A DNA stretch of 63,974 nucleotides, filler included, from Malassezia furfur (lineage: Eukaryota): NCBI GenBank assembly GCA_052055015.1. It is 5 parts of 5 records of this genome, joined end to end, with 100 filler letters (N's around TTAATTAATTAA, not from the genome) between each part and the next. Parts side by side here need not be neighbours in the genome. Positions count along the whole stretch, not along the records: positions 41,188 to 54,750 come from JBQJIT010000312.1; 4 more parts are not named here. One strand, 5' to 3'. The notes below the pieces were generated by a model, which had not been told where the DNA came from, searched no databases, and saw only the letters and a program-made list of their open reading frames with translations. A program made the position numbers and the translations under genes. Positions 44,938 through 54,850 of this stretch are shown here, piece by piece (within the stretch, counting starts at the first letter, position 1; every line of letters begins with the position of its first letter).

Positions 44938-46959
44938 ATGCTGCGAAGACTCGCGACGCTGGCCGCGCCGGTGCATACGGTGGTGATCGGCGGCGGGCAT
45001 GCGGGCGTCGAGGCGGCCGCGGCGTCGGCGCGTACAGGTGCATCGACAGTGCTCCTGACCACCAAGGCCGACACCATCGGCGAACTGAGCTGCAATCCTA
45101 GCATGGGCGGCATCGGCAAGGGGACCCTCACACGCGAGACCGACGCGCTCGGCGGCCTTGCAGGCATTGCGGCTGACGCTGCCGCGATTCAGTTCCGCAT
45201 GCTCAATCGCTCGAAAGGTGCAGCCGTGCATGGCCCGCGTGCGCAGCTCGACCGGTACTTGTACAAAACGCATATCCAGCGTGCTTTGCGAGAGGTGCCA
45301 TATCTCTCCATTCGCGAGGCGCATGTCCACGGCCTCGCGCTTGATTGGCACCCGGCACCCTCTGGCGAGGCTCAGGCATCAGTGCGCGGTGTCTCTCTCT
45401 CGACGGGCGAGGTCATCCCGTGTGAGCAAGTTGTACTATGCACCGGCACTTTTTTGGCAGCCTCCATCTTGTTAGGCAAGCAGCGGCGCCCGGCGGGGCG
45501 CATGCTACCAATGCCCAGTCGCGGGGACGAGCCGAGCACCGAGGGCCTGAGCGACGCCCTTGCGCGTGCCGGTTTCCAGCTCGGACGCCTCAAGACCGGC
45601 ACGCCGGCCCGCATCGACGCGGCGAGCGTCCAACTCGGCGCGCGGTTTCCAGGTGAACAGGGCCGCCCGGCACGCTCGCCCGCTCTAGAAGCGATGCCTG
45701 GCGACGAGGTGCCTGCGCGCTTCTCGTACCTCGACACGCCCATCCACCCGAATGCGCACATGTACACGTTTGGCACACGGACCACGCCGACAACGCACGC
45801 CATTGTGCGAGAGCAGATCGAGCACGGCGAGGACTACGAAATGACCAAGCTAACTGGTCCGCGGTACTGTCCCTCGCTCGAGGTCAAGGTGGTGCGCTTT
45901 GCTCACAAAGAGTCGCACCCCGTATGGCTTGAGCCTGAGGGGTTCCTCGACACACCGCAGGGCGACGGCCACGTTCTCTACCCCAACGGCCTGTCGTGCT
46001 CGCTGCCGCCCGAGGTCCAGGAGCGCATGATCCGCTCGATCCCCGGTCTCGAGCAGGCCGTGATGCTTCGCCCAGGCTATGCGGTAGAGTACGACCACAT
46101 CGACCCCCGCGAGCTGCTCCCCACGCTCGAGAGCCGCCGGATCCGCGGCCTTGCCCTGGCGGGGCAAATCAACGGCACGACGGGCTACGAAGAAGCTGGT
46201 GCTCAAGGCCTCGTTGCCGGACTGAATGCCGGCTTGCGTGCGCAGCGGCGCCCTGAGATGGTGTTGGGGCGTGCGGACGCATTTGTCGGGGTGATGATTG
46301 ACGACCTACGTATTCAGGGTGTACAAGAGCCCTACCGTATGTTTACGTCGCGCTCCGAGTACCGCCTCTCGATCCGCGCCGACAATGCCGACCTACGCCT
46401 CACGCGGAAACTGCTAGCTCACTGCCCCGATACAGTGAGCGCCGAGCGCCGTGCGGCACTGGAGCGCGTGGAGGGCGATTTGGCGTACGGCATGCACCTT
46501 CTTCGCTCGACCAAAATGACGTCCAGCCGGTGGGCACAGTATGGACTCGGTGTGGAAAACGACGTGCGGACGCTGAATGCGCTAGATGTGATGCGCCGTC
46601 CACACGCACGCATCGCGTCGCTCTTGGATGTAATTCCTGAGCTGGCCACGCTACCGGCCAACACACTGTACCGGCTCGAGACCGAGGCGGTGTACCTCCC
46701 GCTGCTCGAGCGGCAGCAGGCCGAAATTGAAATGCTTGCACGCGATGAGCGCGTGGCTATACCCCCTTCGCTTGACTATGGGCACCTCGATGGCCTGAGT
46801 CGCGAGATGCGTGAGCGTTTCGAGCATGTGCGGCCACGTACGCTCGGCGAAGCCAAGCGCGTTGCAGGGTGCACACCGGCGTGTTACGCCGTGCTTTGGC
46901 GACACTGCCATGCAGACCCCCGCAGCGCGCCGCGCGCCGAGCACCGGCGCAGCGCATAG
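44938..46959 (+). CDS. MTO1: Mitochondrial tRNA U34 modification enzyme (GidA/MnmG)
   Basis: [80 protein letters not shown]. Confidence 0.96.
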   Translation: MLRRLATLAAPVHTVVIGGGHAGVEAAAASARTGASTVLLTTKADTIGELSCNPSMGGIGKGTLTRETDALGGLAGIAADAAAIQFRMLNRSKGAAVHGPRAQLDRYLYKTHIQRALREVPYLSIREAHVHGLALDWHPAPSGEAQASVRGVSLSTGEVIPCEQVVLCTGTFLAASILLGKQRRPAGRMLPMPSRGDEPSTEGLSDALARAGFQLGRLKTGTPARIDAASVQLGARFPGEQGRPARSPALEAMPGDEVPARFSYLDTPIHPNAHMYTFGTRTTPTTHAIVREQIEHGEDYEMTKLTGPRYCPSLEVKVVRFAHKESHPVWLEPEGFLDTPQGDGHVLYPNGLSCSLPPEVQERMIRSIPGLEQAVMLRPGYAVEYDHIDPRELLPTLESRRIRGLALAGQINGTTGYEEAGAQGLVAGLNAGLRAQRRPEMVLGRADAFVGVMIDDLRIQGVQEPYRMFTSRSEYRLSIRADNADLRLTRKLLAHCPDTVSAERRAALERVEGDLAYGMHLLRSTKMTSSRWAQYGLGVENDVRTLNALDVMRRPHARIASLLDVIPELATLPANTLYRLETEAVYLPLLERQQAEIEMLARDERVAIPPSLDYGHLDGLSREMRERFEHVRPRTLGEAKRVAGCTPACYAVLWRHCHADPRSAPRAEHRRSA

Positions 46960-47097
46960 GCCGGACGACCACTGTGACTTTTATGTTCTGTGTAGTTCTT
47001 GCTGGATATCACCGCATTAGATACCCCAGACCCCTTTGCGGCACGGCGCGCGCGGCGCCCTCTGGGGCGCCCCAAGTTCAGAATCTGACTAAGCGAG

Positions 47098-50088
47098 ATG
47101 CCACCACGAAGGAAGCAGCCTGCCCGAGTGGAGAAGCCGCGGAGCAGCCGTGCGGCCGCGGCGCACACGCCGGAGCCTGCGCCGCCGGAACCCACGGCGC
47201 GGCTTGACCCCGACGCGATGAAGAAGGTACCCCTCACCTACACGCCGGAGCGCAAGTATCCCTTGCGTGAACTCGGCATGCTCGCGGCGTTTGTCGCGTT
47301 GCTAATTTCCTTTACGCTGCGGATGCACTACCAGCTGCCCGCACCCATGGAGGTGACTACGCCTACCGCACCGAAGCCGATGAAGCCTGCTTCTGATGCA
47401 TGGTATGCGTCGCTGCTTGCTGGAAAACACGATGCCGCTTCGATGCCAATGTACGACCCTGCGAAGGTCACGTCGGTTGCGCCCGTGCACGGTCCGCTGT
47501 ACCACTACTTCTCGGAGGGCAATGCGATGCTCACAATTCAGCATCTGGCCGAAGACATTGGTTTCCGTGTGGTTGGCACACAACAGCACATTGATGCGGA
47601 GGAGTGGCTCAGCGGCATTCTGTCGCGCTACGTCGGTTCACACGACACAGGCAAAGGCGCCTACGAGACGCACGTTGAGCTCTTTACGCAATTTGGCGAC
47701 GGCGCGCACCGTTTCGATATTCTCGGCCACCCCGTGTGGAAGCAGTACTATTCCATGTCCAACCTGATTGTGCGCATCTCCGACGGGACGCCCGAGTCGC
47801 TGGACAACACGCTGCTGATCAACGCGCACATCGACAGCACGCTGCCGACGCCTGGCGGTGCAGACGACGGCGCAGGTGTCGCGATCATGATGGAGCTTCT
47901 GCGTGTGCTGACACTGCCCGGTGCGCCGCGTGTGCGCCATGGCATTGTGCTGCTGTTCAACAACGGCGAAGAGTCGCTACAGGATGCGTCGCACCTGTAC
48001 ATGACGCAACACAACGAGACGAACCGCAATGTCCGCGCGGTGATCAATCTTGAGGCGTGCGGCGTGTCAGGCCCCGAGCTGCTATTTCAGGCGACCAACG
48101 CGGAGCTGATCCGTGCGTACGGCAAAGTGCCGCACCCCTTTGGCACGGTGCTGGCCAGCGACGTCTTCTCGTCGGGCCTGATCATGTCCGACACCGACTT
48201 CCGCCAGTTCGTCGAGTATGGCCACGGCCTGCCTGGCCTTGACATGGCGATCGTCGGCTCGTCGTACCTGTACCACACGCGCCTCGACCGGCCCGCGCAC
48301 ATTGAGCGCGGCGTACTGCAGCACTTTGGCGAGAACGTCTTTTCGCTGGTGGATACGCTCGCGCTACAGGAGGACTCGGCGCTGCCCAACGTGCGCCCGT
48401 GGCCCTTCCGTGCCAAGCAGATCCTGCCCGTGTACTTCTCCGTGTTTGGGCGATACCTGTTCCAGATGGCTCCCAAGATGTTCAAGGGCACCGTGATTGG
48501 CATGTCGCTCGCGGCCAACTTTTTCTTGAGTGCGGTCAACTCGAGCGAGACGCGCGTCAGTACGATCCACTACGCGCTGCTGTGTGCCCTTGGCGTGATC
48601 GGCAACCTGCTTGCGGCGCTTCTCGGAGCGAACGCCGTGGCGCTGGTGCTGCGTACGCTGAACCGTCCCATGGCGTGGTATGCACACGAGTTCTATGCGA
48701 TGTTCCTCTACATCCCACCGGCGCTTGCGGCGATCGTCGCGGTGCAGCTGGGTCTGCATTACCTCGTGGAGAAGACGCGCCGGCCCTATCTGGAGCACGC
48801 GTCGTTCACGGGGAGCTACCTGCTGTTCACGTTTGGGCTGCTGCTGATGAACATGTTTGGCCTCGGCTCAGCCTACCTGATGCTGCTCGCCTCGCTCGCG
48901 AGCCTTGTGCCGATCACGCTCAACGATGTGGGCATCATTGGCCTCGACCGCATCGCGAGCGGGCAGGTGCCGCCGGACCGCCGCGTGGTGTTCGGCACCT
49001 ACTTCTTGGCGGTGATTGCTGCGGCGACCCTCGGCGTGGACGGCCTGTGTTCGTTCCTGGACCTGCTTGTGCCGCTCATGGGCCGCATGGGCAAAGAGGT
49101 GCCGGTCGACTTTGTGATTGCGTCGCTCGTCGCGGCGCTCACGACGCTCAACACGGCCTGCCTGGTGCCATTGACGCACCGTTACGGCGCATCGTTTATG
49201 CGCCGCGCAATGGTGGTGCTCGTGGGTAGCAGCGTGCTGGCGACCGCCTTCTTCGCCCTACCCGGCGTGCCGACGTTCGACAAGCTGCACCCCCGCCGAC
49301 TGCTGGTCCACCACGTGGAAAACATCACGAGCGGCGAGTGGCACGTCGCCATGAGCACGCTCGATGCGGCGCCTGCGAACGCGGCCATGATGCACGACAT
49401 TGAGGATGTGCTGCTCCAGGGCGAGGCACCGACGCGCCTGTCGTGGGAGAATGCCACTGTATCGGCAGACATGGACGTCCTCTTCCCGCTGACGCACTTT
49501 ATTGAAAGCACGCGCGTCGGCCTCCCCGCAACACCGGCACGCACCGCCGCATCCCGGAACGTGGCGCGCTGGAGCGACTTCCGTGTGTCGTGTGCATCCG
49601 AGGTGGATGAGGCGAACGCCACGCGCACCATCCAGCTGCACCTGCACCACCCGGCGCTCGCGTGGTCGACCGTGTCGTTTGACGCAGACGTCATCGACTG
49701 GGACTTCCCTGCGCCGCCGCCCGCGGGCGTGCGCCGGCACCACCTCAAGGACGTGTCGCGCCTTGGGGCCGACGATTGGACGATGCGGCTCGTGGTGCGC
49801 ATGACGCCCGAGCAGCTGGCGGCATGGCGTGCGGACAGCAGCAAGAAGAAGCGCGAGTCACTGCGGCGCTCGCCGCCGACACACGTCTCGACGCCGCACA
49901 GCAAGTGGCGTATGCCTGTGCATTATTCGAGTCTAGATGCATGGGGTATGTATCCGCACCACAAGGACACCAGCATGGATCGCTTGTCGATGCAGACGCT
50001 GCGCGACATGGATACGCTGCTCCAGGCCAAGTACCCAGAGGTGGATGCGATGCTCATGAGCGTCATTGCCGGCGTCGCTGAATGCTAG
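47098..50088 (+). CDS. M28 membrane metallopeptidase (ERMP1-like)
   Basis: NAHIDS, GGADDGAGV, FNNGEESL, INLEACG, SDTDFRQF, YHTRLD, followed by multiple TM helices. Confidence 0.9.
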   Translation: MPPRRKQPARVEKPRSSRAAAAHTPEPAPPEPTARLDPDAMKKVPLTYTPERKYPLRELGMLAAFVALLISFTLRMHYQLPAPMEVTTPTAPKPMKPASDAWYASLLAGKHDAASMPMYDPAKVTSVAPVHGPLYHYFSEGNAMLTIQHLAEDIGFRVVGTQQHIDAEEWLSGILSRYVGSHDTGKGAYETHVELFTQFGDGAHRFDILGHPVWKQYYSMSNLIVRISDGTPESLDNTLLINAHIDSTLPTPGGADDGAGVAIMMELLRVLTLPGAPRVRHGIVLLFNNGEESLQDASHLYMTQHNETNRNVRAVINLEACGVSGPELLFQATNAELIRAYGKVPHPFGTVLASDVFSSGLIMSDTDFRQFVEYGHGLPGLDMAIVGSSYLYHTRLDRPAHIERGVLQHFGENVFSLVDTLALQEDSALPNVRPWPFRAKQILPVYFSVFGRYLFQMAPKMFKGTVIGMSLAANFFLSAVNSSETRVSTIHYALLCALGVIGNLLAALLGANAVALVLRTLNRPMAWYAHEFYAMFLYIPPALAAIVAVQLGLHYLVEKTRRPYLEHASFTGSYLLFTFGLLLMNMFGLGSAYLMLLASLASLVPITLNDVGIIGLDRIASGQVPPDRRVVFGTYFLAVIAAATLGVDGLCSFLDLLVPLMGRMGKEVPVDFVIASLVAALTTLNTACLVPLTHRYGASFMRRAMVVLVGSSVLATAFFALPGVPTFDKLHPRRLLVHHVENITSGEWHVAMSTLDAAPANAAMMHDIEDVLLQGEAPTRLSWENATVSADMDVLFPLTHFIESTRVGLPATPARTAASRNVARWSDFRVSCASEVDEANATRTIQLHLHHPALAWSTVSFDADVIDWDFPAPPPAGVRRHHLKDVSRLGADDWTMRLVVRMTPEQLAAWRADSSKKKRESLRRSPPTHVSTPHSKWRMPVHYSSLDAWGMYPHHKDTSMDRLSMQTLRDMDTLLQAKYPEVDAMLMSVIAGVAEC

Positions 50089-50118
50089 CCAAGCCACCGT
50101 AGGTGAACAAAATGCGCG

Positions 50119-50860
50119 CTACTCGCGCAACGTACTCCCGATGGAAAAGGGGAAGGGCATCAGACTCGCATCGCCCACCGCCGGCAGCTGCGCCTGATGT
50201 TCGTTCGCAAAGGTCAGTGCGGCCACTGCGTCAGTATGCCACATACATAGGAAAGGACTCAGCTCCGGCGTCACACTCCCCTGTGCCGCATCGTACACAA
50301 TGCGCACACTGAGCAGCCACTGCTCAAATGCCTCGGGCAGTGTCTCGAGCGCCTCGTCGCGCGTCAACACACGTCGTGGCTGGCCTCCACGCGCATCCGA
50401 CTTACCACCTGCTAGGGCAGACGCGAGCCAGGAATAAGGCGAGTGGAAGATGGGGTACGATGGCGGCGCGCGGTCCTTCGCGGCAGGCGGCGCTGAGGGC
50501 GACCGCGGTGTTTCGGCCGGCTCGTGCCAGGACACAAGGATATCCACGAGCGCCGTGCCCTCGCGCTTCACCTCCTCATCCGTACGCGCAAGAATCTCGG
50601 CGGTGGTCTCGGCGACGCGTTTCTGCATCGTCGCATCCAGGACATGCGGCTGCGTCAGACGACACGACGCACCAACTCCACGCCGCACAGCTCGACGGTC
50701 GTCGGCTCTAGTGTGCCGAGCAGCCGGAAAAAAAGGACCGTGTGCAGCATGCCCTCAATTACCTCCTCGGCCTGTGCACGCGCGAGCGTCTGGATGAGTG
50801 TGCGGTACACACCACCTCGTGCGTAAACAGCGGCGGCGCGCTGGGGCGCATCGTGGGCAT
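50119..50860 (-). CDS. ATG101: Autophagy protein Atg101
   Basis: Spliced product: EVIEGMLHTVLFFRLLGTLEP..FEQWLLSV..FANEHQAQLP..PFPFSI. Introns 50790-50812, 50650-50672 and 50226-50246. Confidence 0.82.
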
Positions 50861-50885
50861 GTGGAGGCGGGGTGGGGTATCTCGT

Positions 50886-51673
50886 CTACGGCAGGGGAAA
50901 CGCGGCATGCCGCTCGTAAAACGCGAGCAGCGCCTGGGGGCATCGGCGCCGCACAACAGAAGTGGGGTATACAAGACGAGCCCCGTCCTTGAATGCGAGG
51001 TGAACATAAAGCGTGGACGACGCGTCGCGCTCCACACGAGCAATTTCGTCAACAAACGGCTCCCAGTCCTCGAGCGCATCGTATGTCGCGCGAGGATTGG
51101 CAGCGCTGCCGCGCGCAGGTAATGCATCGGACGCATTTTGTCGACGCCGTTTGGGAGTGCCTTGCCGCACCGGCGAAGGATGCGCAGCCGGTGACCTCGT
51201 GGCAGACGACGCGGAGGCCTGTCTCCGCGATGCACGCTGAGTGCGCGCCGAGACGGTCGACGAGAGTGGCGACGATGCCGCCGAGGATGTCTGCGGGGGG
51301 CTTGGTGGCTCGTGTGCCGACGGAATCGCGTCAGAAGCGGACTCGTATCGCGCGGCTTTCGCCTGCATGCTTCGGATCCGTTGCATGGCTTCTTCGGAAG
51401 ACATCGCCTGGCGTTCGGTCCAGTACTTGAACACCATATCTTCTGCGTCGATCGAGTGTTCCTGTGTGAGCCGCGGCACTTACCTCGGGCTCCCAGGAAA
51501 ACACGCTGTCGGGGTCTTTCCATTTAATTAGGTATTCAAATCGGTCCTGCGTCAGCATGCGCGCATACGAGTTCGGTGTTGTGCCGGTGCAGGATAATCG
51601 CTTCCACAACCGCTTCTTCCATGTCGTCAGGCTCTGACGCGCTCGGCGGCGCGCGTCCTTTCGACGCGGCCAT
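50886..51673 (-). CDS. HP1/Swi6-like chromodomain plus chromo-shadow protein
   Basis: VVEAII..FEYLIKWK..SWEPEEH..MVFKYW, then a hinge, then DWEPFVDEI..RRRCPQALLAFYERH. Introns 51547-51568 and 51462-51483 (22 nt each). Confidence 0.85.
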
Positions 51674-51706
51674 GGCGTCGAAAAGATCACGTGTTCCTTT
51701 GTGACC

Positions 51707-52780
51707 ATGAGCCCCAAGTCGGCGGCTCGTGCGCAGCTGCGCGCGCTCGAGGCGCAATTCTACCAGCAGTTCTCCGTACCGGGCGAAGGGTCTGATGCAG
51801 GCGGACGGTCCAGCGACGTCGCATCAGAGGCGCATAGCGATGATGATCGGCCTTCATCCGTGCACCACAGCGACGCGCAAACGGCCGACGATGACGACGC
51901 GAGCGAAGAGACGAGTGATGACGACGAAGACGACGACGACGAAGATGAAGAAGAACAGGATGAAGATGACGATGATGGCGACGATGATGCAAACGACGAC
52001 GAGCTCGACGATGACGAGGACCTTCTTCAGAGCGCCATGACGCAGCCGTCGGCGCCTTCGGCGTCGGCGGCGTCGCGGCGACGACCGGTCGAGACCGTGG
52101 TGTTTTCCGAGTCGCGTAGCGCCCCATCTGGTGCATCGGTCCCCGCAAGTGTGCGGCGCAATTTTATGGTACGTGTGAGTCTGATTCAGTCCTCGAAAAT
52201 CGAGAAAATCAACGCCCAAGAGACGGCGCCGCCCGCCGCAGGCTCGGACGACGACGAGGAGGGCGAGGAGGACCAGCGTGCAAATGACCGCAAACTTGCC
52301 GAGCTACTGTCCACATCGCTGTTTGCGCCCGGCACGAGCACGCACAAGCGCAAGCTAAACACCACGACCAACGAGACTCTCGCACGGGTGATGGAGCTGT
52401 CGACGTCCGACACGCTGCATGCGCATGCGGCGGGCAGTGGGTGGGGCGAGAAGCAGCTGCGTGCCCAGGAGCTCGGCAAAATGCCCGCGCGGATCCGCTC
52501 TGGCCTGCGGCGGGCGGCCGGCGAGCGGCGCGAGCGCGACATTGAGCTGCAAAAAGAGCTGGGTCTATGGAATCCCCGCTACCAGAACCATGCGCAGCTG
52601 AGCCGCGGGTCGGCGACCGAGCGTGGTTCGCGCCCGACCGAGCCCAAGAAGCGCATGCGTGGCATCGGCTCGGGCGTCGGCTCGTTCCGCAACGGCACGC
52701 TGCACCTCTCCGAGGCGGACGTGCGCCGGATCCAGGGCCCTCCACGCGGCCAGGCGCGCCGCCGCGGCAAAAAAAAGTAG
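51707..52780 (+). CDS. Faf1-like 40S biogenesis factor
   Basis: Acidic tract, RRNFM|SSK (21-nt intron 52169-52189), KMPARIRSG, RMRGIGSGVGSFRNGTLHLS. Confidence 0.65.
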   Translation: MSPKSAARAQLRALEAQFYQQFSVPGEGSDAGGRSSDVASEAHSDDDRPSSVHHSDAQTADDDDASEETSDDDEDDDDEDEEEQDEDDDDGDDDANDDELDDDEDLLQSAMTQPSAPSASAASRRRPVETVVFSESRSAPSGASVPASVRRNFMVRVSLIQSSKIEKINAQETAPPAAGSDDDEEGEEDQRANDRKLAELLSTSLFAPGTSTHKRKLNTTTNETLARVMELSTSDTLHAHAAGSGWGEKQLRAQELGKMPARIRSGLRRAAGERRERDIELQKELGLWNPRYQNHAQLSRGSATERGSRPTEPKKRMRGIGSGVGSFRNGTLHLSEADVRRIQGPPRGQARRRGKKK

Positions 52781-52806
52781 CCACGTGATCCTCCTTCGCA
52801 TCGACC

Positions 52807-54483
52807 ATGGCGTACCGCATTGACGCCGAGGCGGACCTACCGCCGGCCGCGCCGCGCTTTGTCGCGGACGACGACGAGGATGAGGGCGAGGATGATTTCG
52901 AGGGGTGGAGTGAAAGCGGTCAGCCGACGCGTGCGCTGTTTGTCGCCGACACCACCGTCTACCCCTCGCCCGAGGCGGCGCTCGCGCAGGCGCAGGCCGA
53001 TGGGTGCGATGTGCGTGCGCTGGTGCGCCGCCTGCGCCTTGATGCGCTGCAAGTCATCCGTCTGATCAACCATGTGCGCCGCGTGAAGCTGGCGCCCGCG
53101 GACGTCGCGCAGCTTACCGGCGACGAGCCGTTCCTGCACGACGATGCGGAGCTGCAGCCGGTGCCCGGCTATGAGGAGGATGGCTTGCTGCAGCTCGACC
53201 TGGACGACGACGTGGACGTCGAGAGCGACCCTGCCGAGGAGCTCGCGCTGCTGCGCCAGGCGTACCAGGAACTGCGGATGCAGTACGCCGAGCGCGTCGG
53301 GGTGAGCAGCGACGATGCGCAGGGCAAAGTGGTGCCGAAGGCGCCCACCGGCGTGGACGCGCACTACTTTGAGAGCTATGCCGGGCACGATATCCACCAG
53401 ACCATGATTGCCGACAGTGTGCGGACGCTGTCGTACGCGCAGTTCATCCTGTCGCCCGACAATGCGCACCTGCTGCGCGGCAAGACGGTGATGGACGTGG
53501 GCTGTGGCTCGGGCATCTTAAGCTTGTTCTGCGCACGCGCCGGTGCCAAGCAGGTGCTTGCGATTGACGCGAGCGACGTCGCGACGCGCGCCGAGGCGAA
53601 CGTCACGCAGAATGGCTTTGCGCATGTCGTGCGCGTCTTCCGCGGCAAAGTTGAGGAGCTAGACACGGCGCTGCAGGCGTATGTCGGGCAGGTCGACTTC
53701 CTCGTGAGCGAGTGGATGGGCTACTTTTTGCTGTACGAGTCGATGCTGCCGTCGGTGCTGTACGCGCGCGACCGCTACCTGCGCAAGGGCGGGACATTGG
53801 CGCCGTCGCACTGCCGCATGCTGATGGCCGCCGCGACGGACGACGGGCACGGCGTGCTGCGCGAGCGCTTCCGGTTCTGGGAGGACGTGTACGGCTTTAC
53901 GATGCCGAGCATGACGCAGGGTCTCGTGAACGATGCGGCAACCGAGGAGGTCGAGGCGTCGGCGATCGTGAGCCACCCGGCGACCATTTGCGAGCTGCCG
54001 CTCGAGACGCTCGCCGCGCGGCAGCCGGCGTTTGTGTCGCCGTTTGCGCTGGAGTGCACGCGCGCGTGTCCCGTGTACGGCCTGGTCGCCTGGTTCGACA
54101 CCTGGTTCCTGCCCACGCCGCAGGTGCCGTCCGAGGCGCTGCCGCCGTGCCGCGTCGATCCGGTGCAGCGCAGCGAGGTGCCGGCACTGGCGCTGCGGGG
54201 CAGTGCGGTGGCCGACGCGCCCGCGACGCAGCGCGGACAGACGGTGTCGTTCACCACCTCGCCGTTCGGACAGCAGACGCACTGGAAGCAGACCGTGTTC
54301 CTGCTCAAGACGCCGATCGATGCGCAGGTCGGCACGCGCATCACGGGCGAGATCCGTGTGCACCCGTCCGAGGGCAACACGCGCGAGCTCGACGTCGAGA
54401 TCCACTACGACGTCGACGACCCGGCGCGTGCGAGCGAGAAGCGCGTCAAGTCGCGGCTCGTGCAGCTGTACTCGGTGCGCTAG
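52807..54483 (+). CDS. Type I protein arginine methyltransferase, PRMT3/Rmt3-like
   Basis: IRLINHVR, YFESYA..IHQTMIADSVRT, VMDVGCGSGILS, VSEWMGYFLLYESML, THWKQ. Confidence 0.9.
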   Translation: MAYRIDAEADLPPAAPRFVADDDEDEGEDDFEGWSESGQPTRALFVADTTVYPSPEAALAQAQADGCDVRALVRRLRLDALQVIRLINHVRRVKLAPADVAQLTGDEPFLHDDAELQPVPGYEEDGLLQLDLDDDVDVESDPAEELALLRQAYQELRMQYAERVGVSSDDAQGKVVPKAPTGVDAHYFESYAGHDIHQTMIADSVRTLSYAQFILSPDNAHLLRGKTVMDVGCGSGILSLFCARAGAKQVLAIDASDVATRAEANVTQNGFAHVVRVFRGKVEELDTALQAYVGQVDFLVSEWMGYFLLYESMLPSVLYARDRYLRKGGTLAPSHCRMLMAAATDDGHGVLRERFRFWEDVYGFTMPSMTQGLVNDAATEEVEASAIVSHPATICELPLETLAARQPAFVSPFALECTRACPVYGLVAWFDTWFLPTPQVPSEALPPCRVDPVQRSEVPALALRGSAVADAPATQRGQTVSFTTSPFGQQTHWKQTVFLLKTPIDAQVGTRITGEIRVHPSEGNTRELDVEIHYDVDDPARASEKRVKSRLVQLYSVR

Positions 54484-54511
54484 ATAGCTACATACAGGCA
54501 ACCCGCCATGC

Positions 54512-54750
54512 TCAGCCACCGAGCGACTGCAGCTCGCGGCGAATCTCGGCCTCGGTGTCGATCTTTTGCAGCTGCGTCTGCTCGAGCGTTTCGCCCCGGT
54601 CGCGGCGGTCCTTGAGCTGCTCGATGGCCTTGAGCTTCTTGGACAGGTTGCGCAGCCGCTTTTCCGTGGACTGCGCCTCGGCGCTCGCGGCCGACACCTC
54701 GGCGGCGCCCATCACGGGCTTGGGCGCGGGCGCGGGCGCCGCCTTGGCCG
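54512..54750 (-). CDS. Translation initiation factor eIF2A, C-terminal fragment
   Basis: EKRLRNLSKKLKAIEQLK..GETLEQTQLQKIDTE..ELQSLG. Confidence 0.8.
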
Positions 54751-54850
54751 NNNNNNNNNNNNNNNNNNNNNNNNNNNNNNNNNNNNNNNNNNNNTTAATT
54801 AATTAANNNNNNNNNNNNNNNNNNNNNNNNNNNNNNNNNNNNNNNNNNNN
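54751..54850. other. Artificial contig linker
   Basis: N44-TTAATTAATTAA-N44. Confidence 0.97.

Noticed and set aside
44437..45167. Apparent ~730-bp coding overlap of the MTO1 and BUD4-like ORFs
   Set aside because: MTO1 homology and presequence start at 44938 and plausible BUD4 starts are at or below 44882; the extensions are shadow frames.
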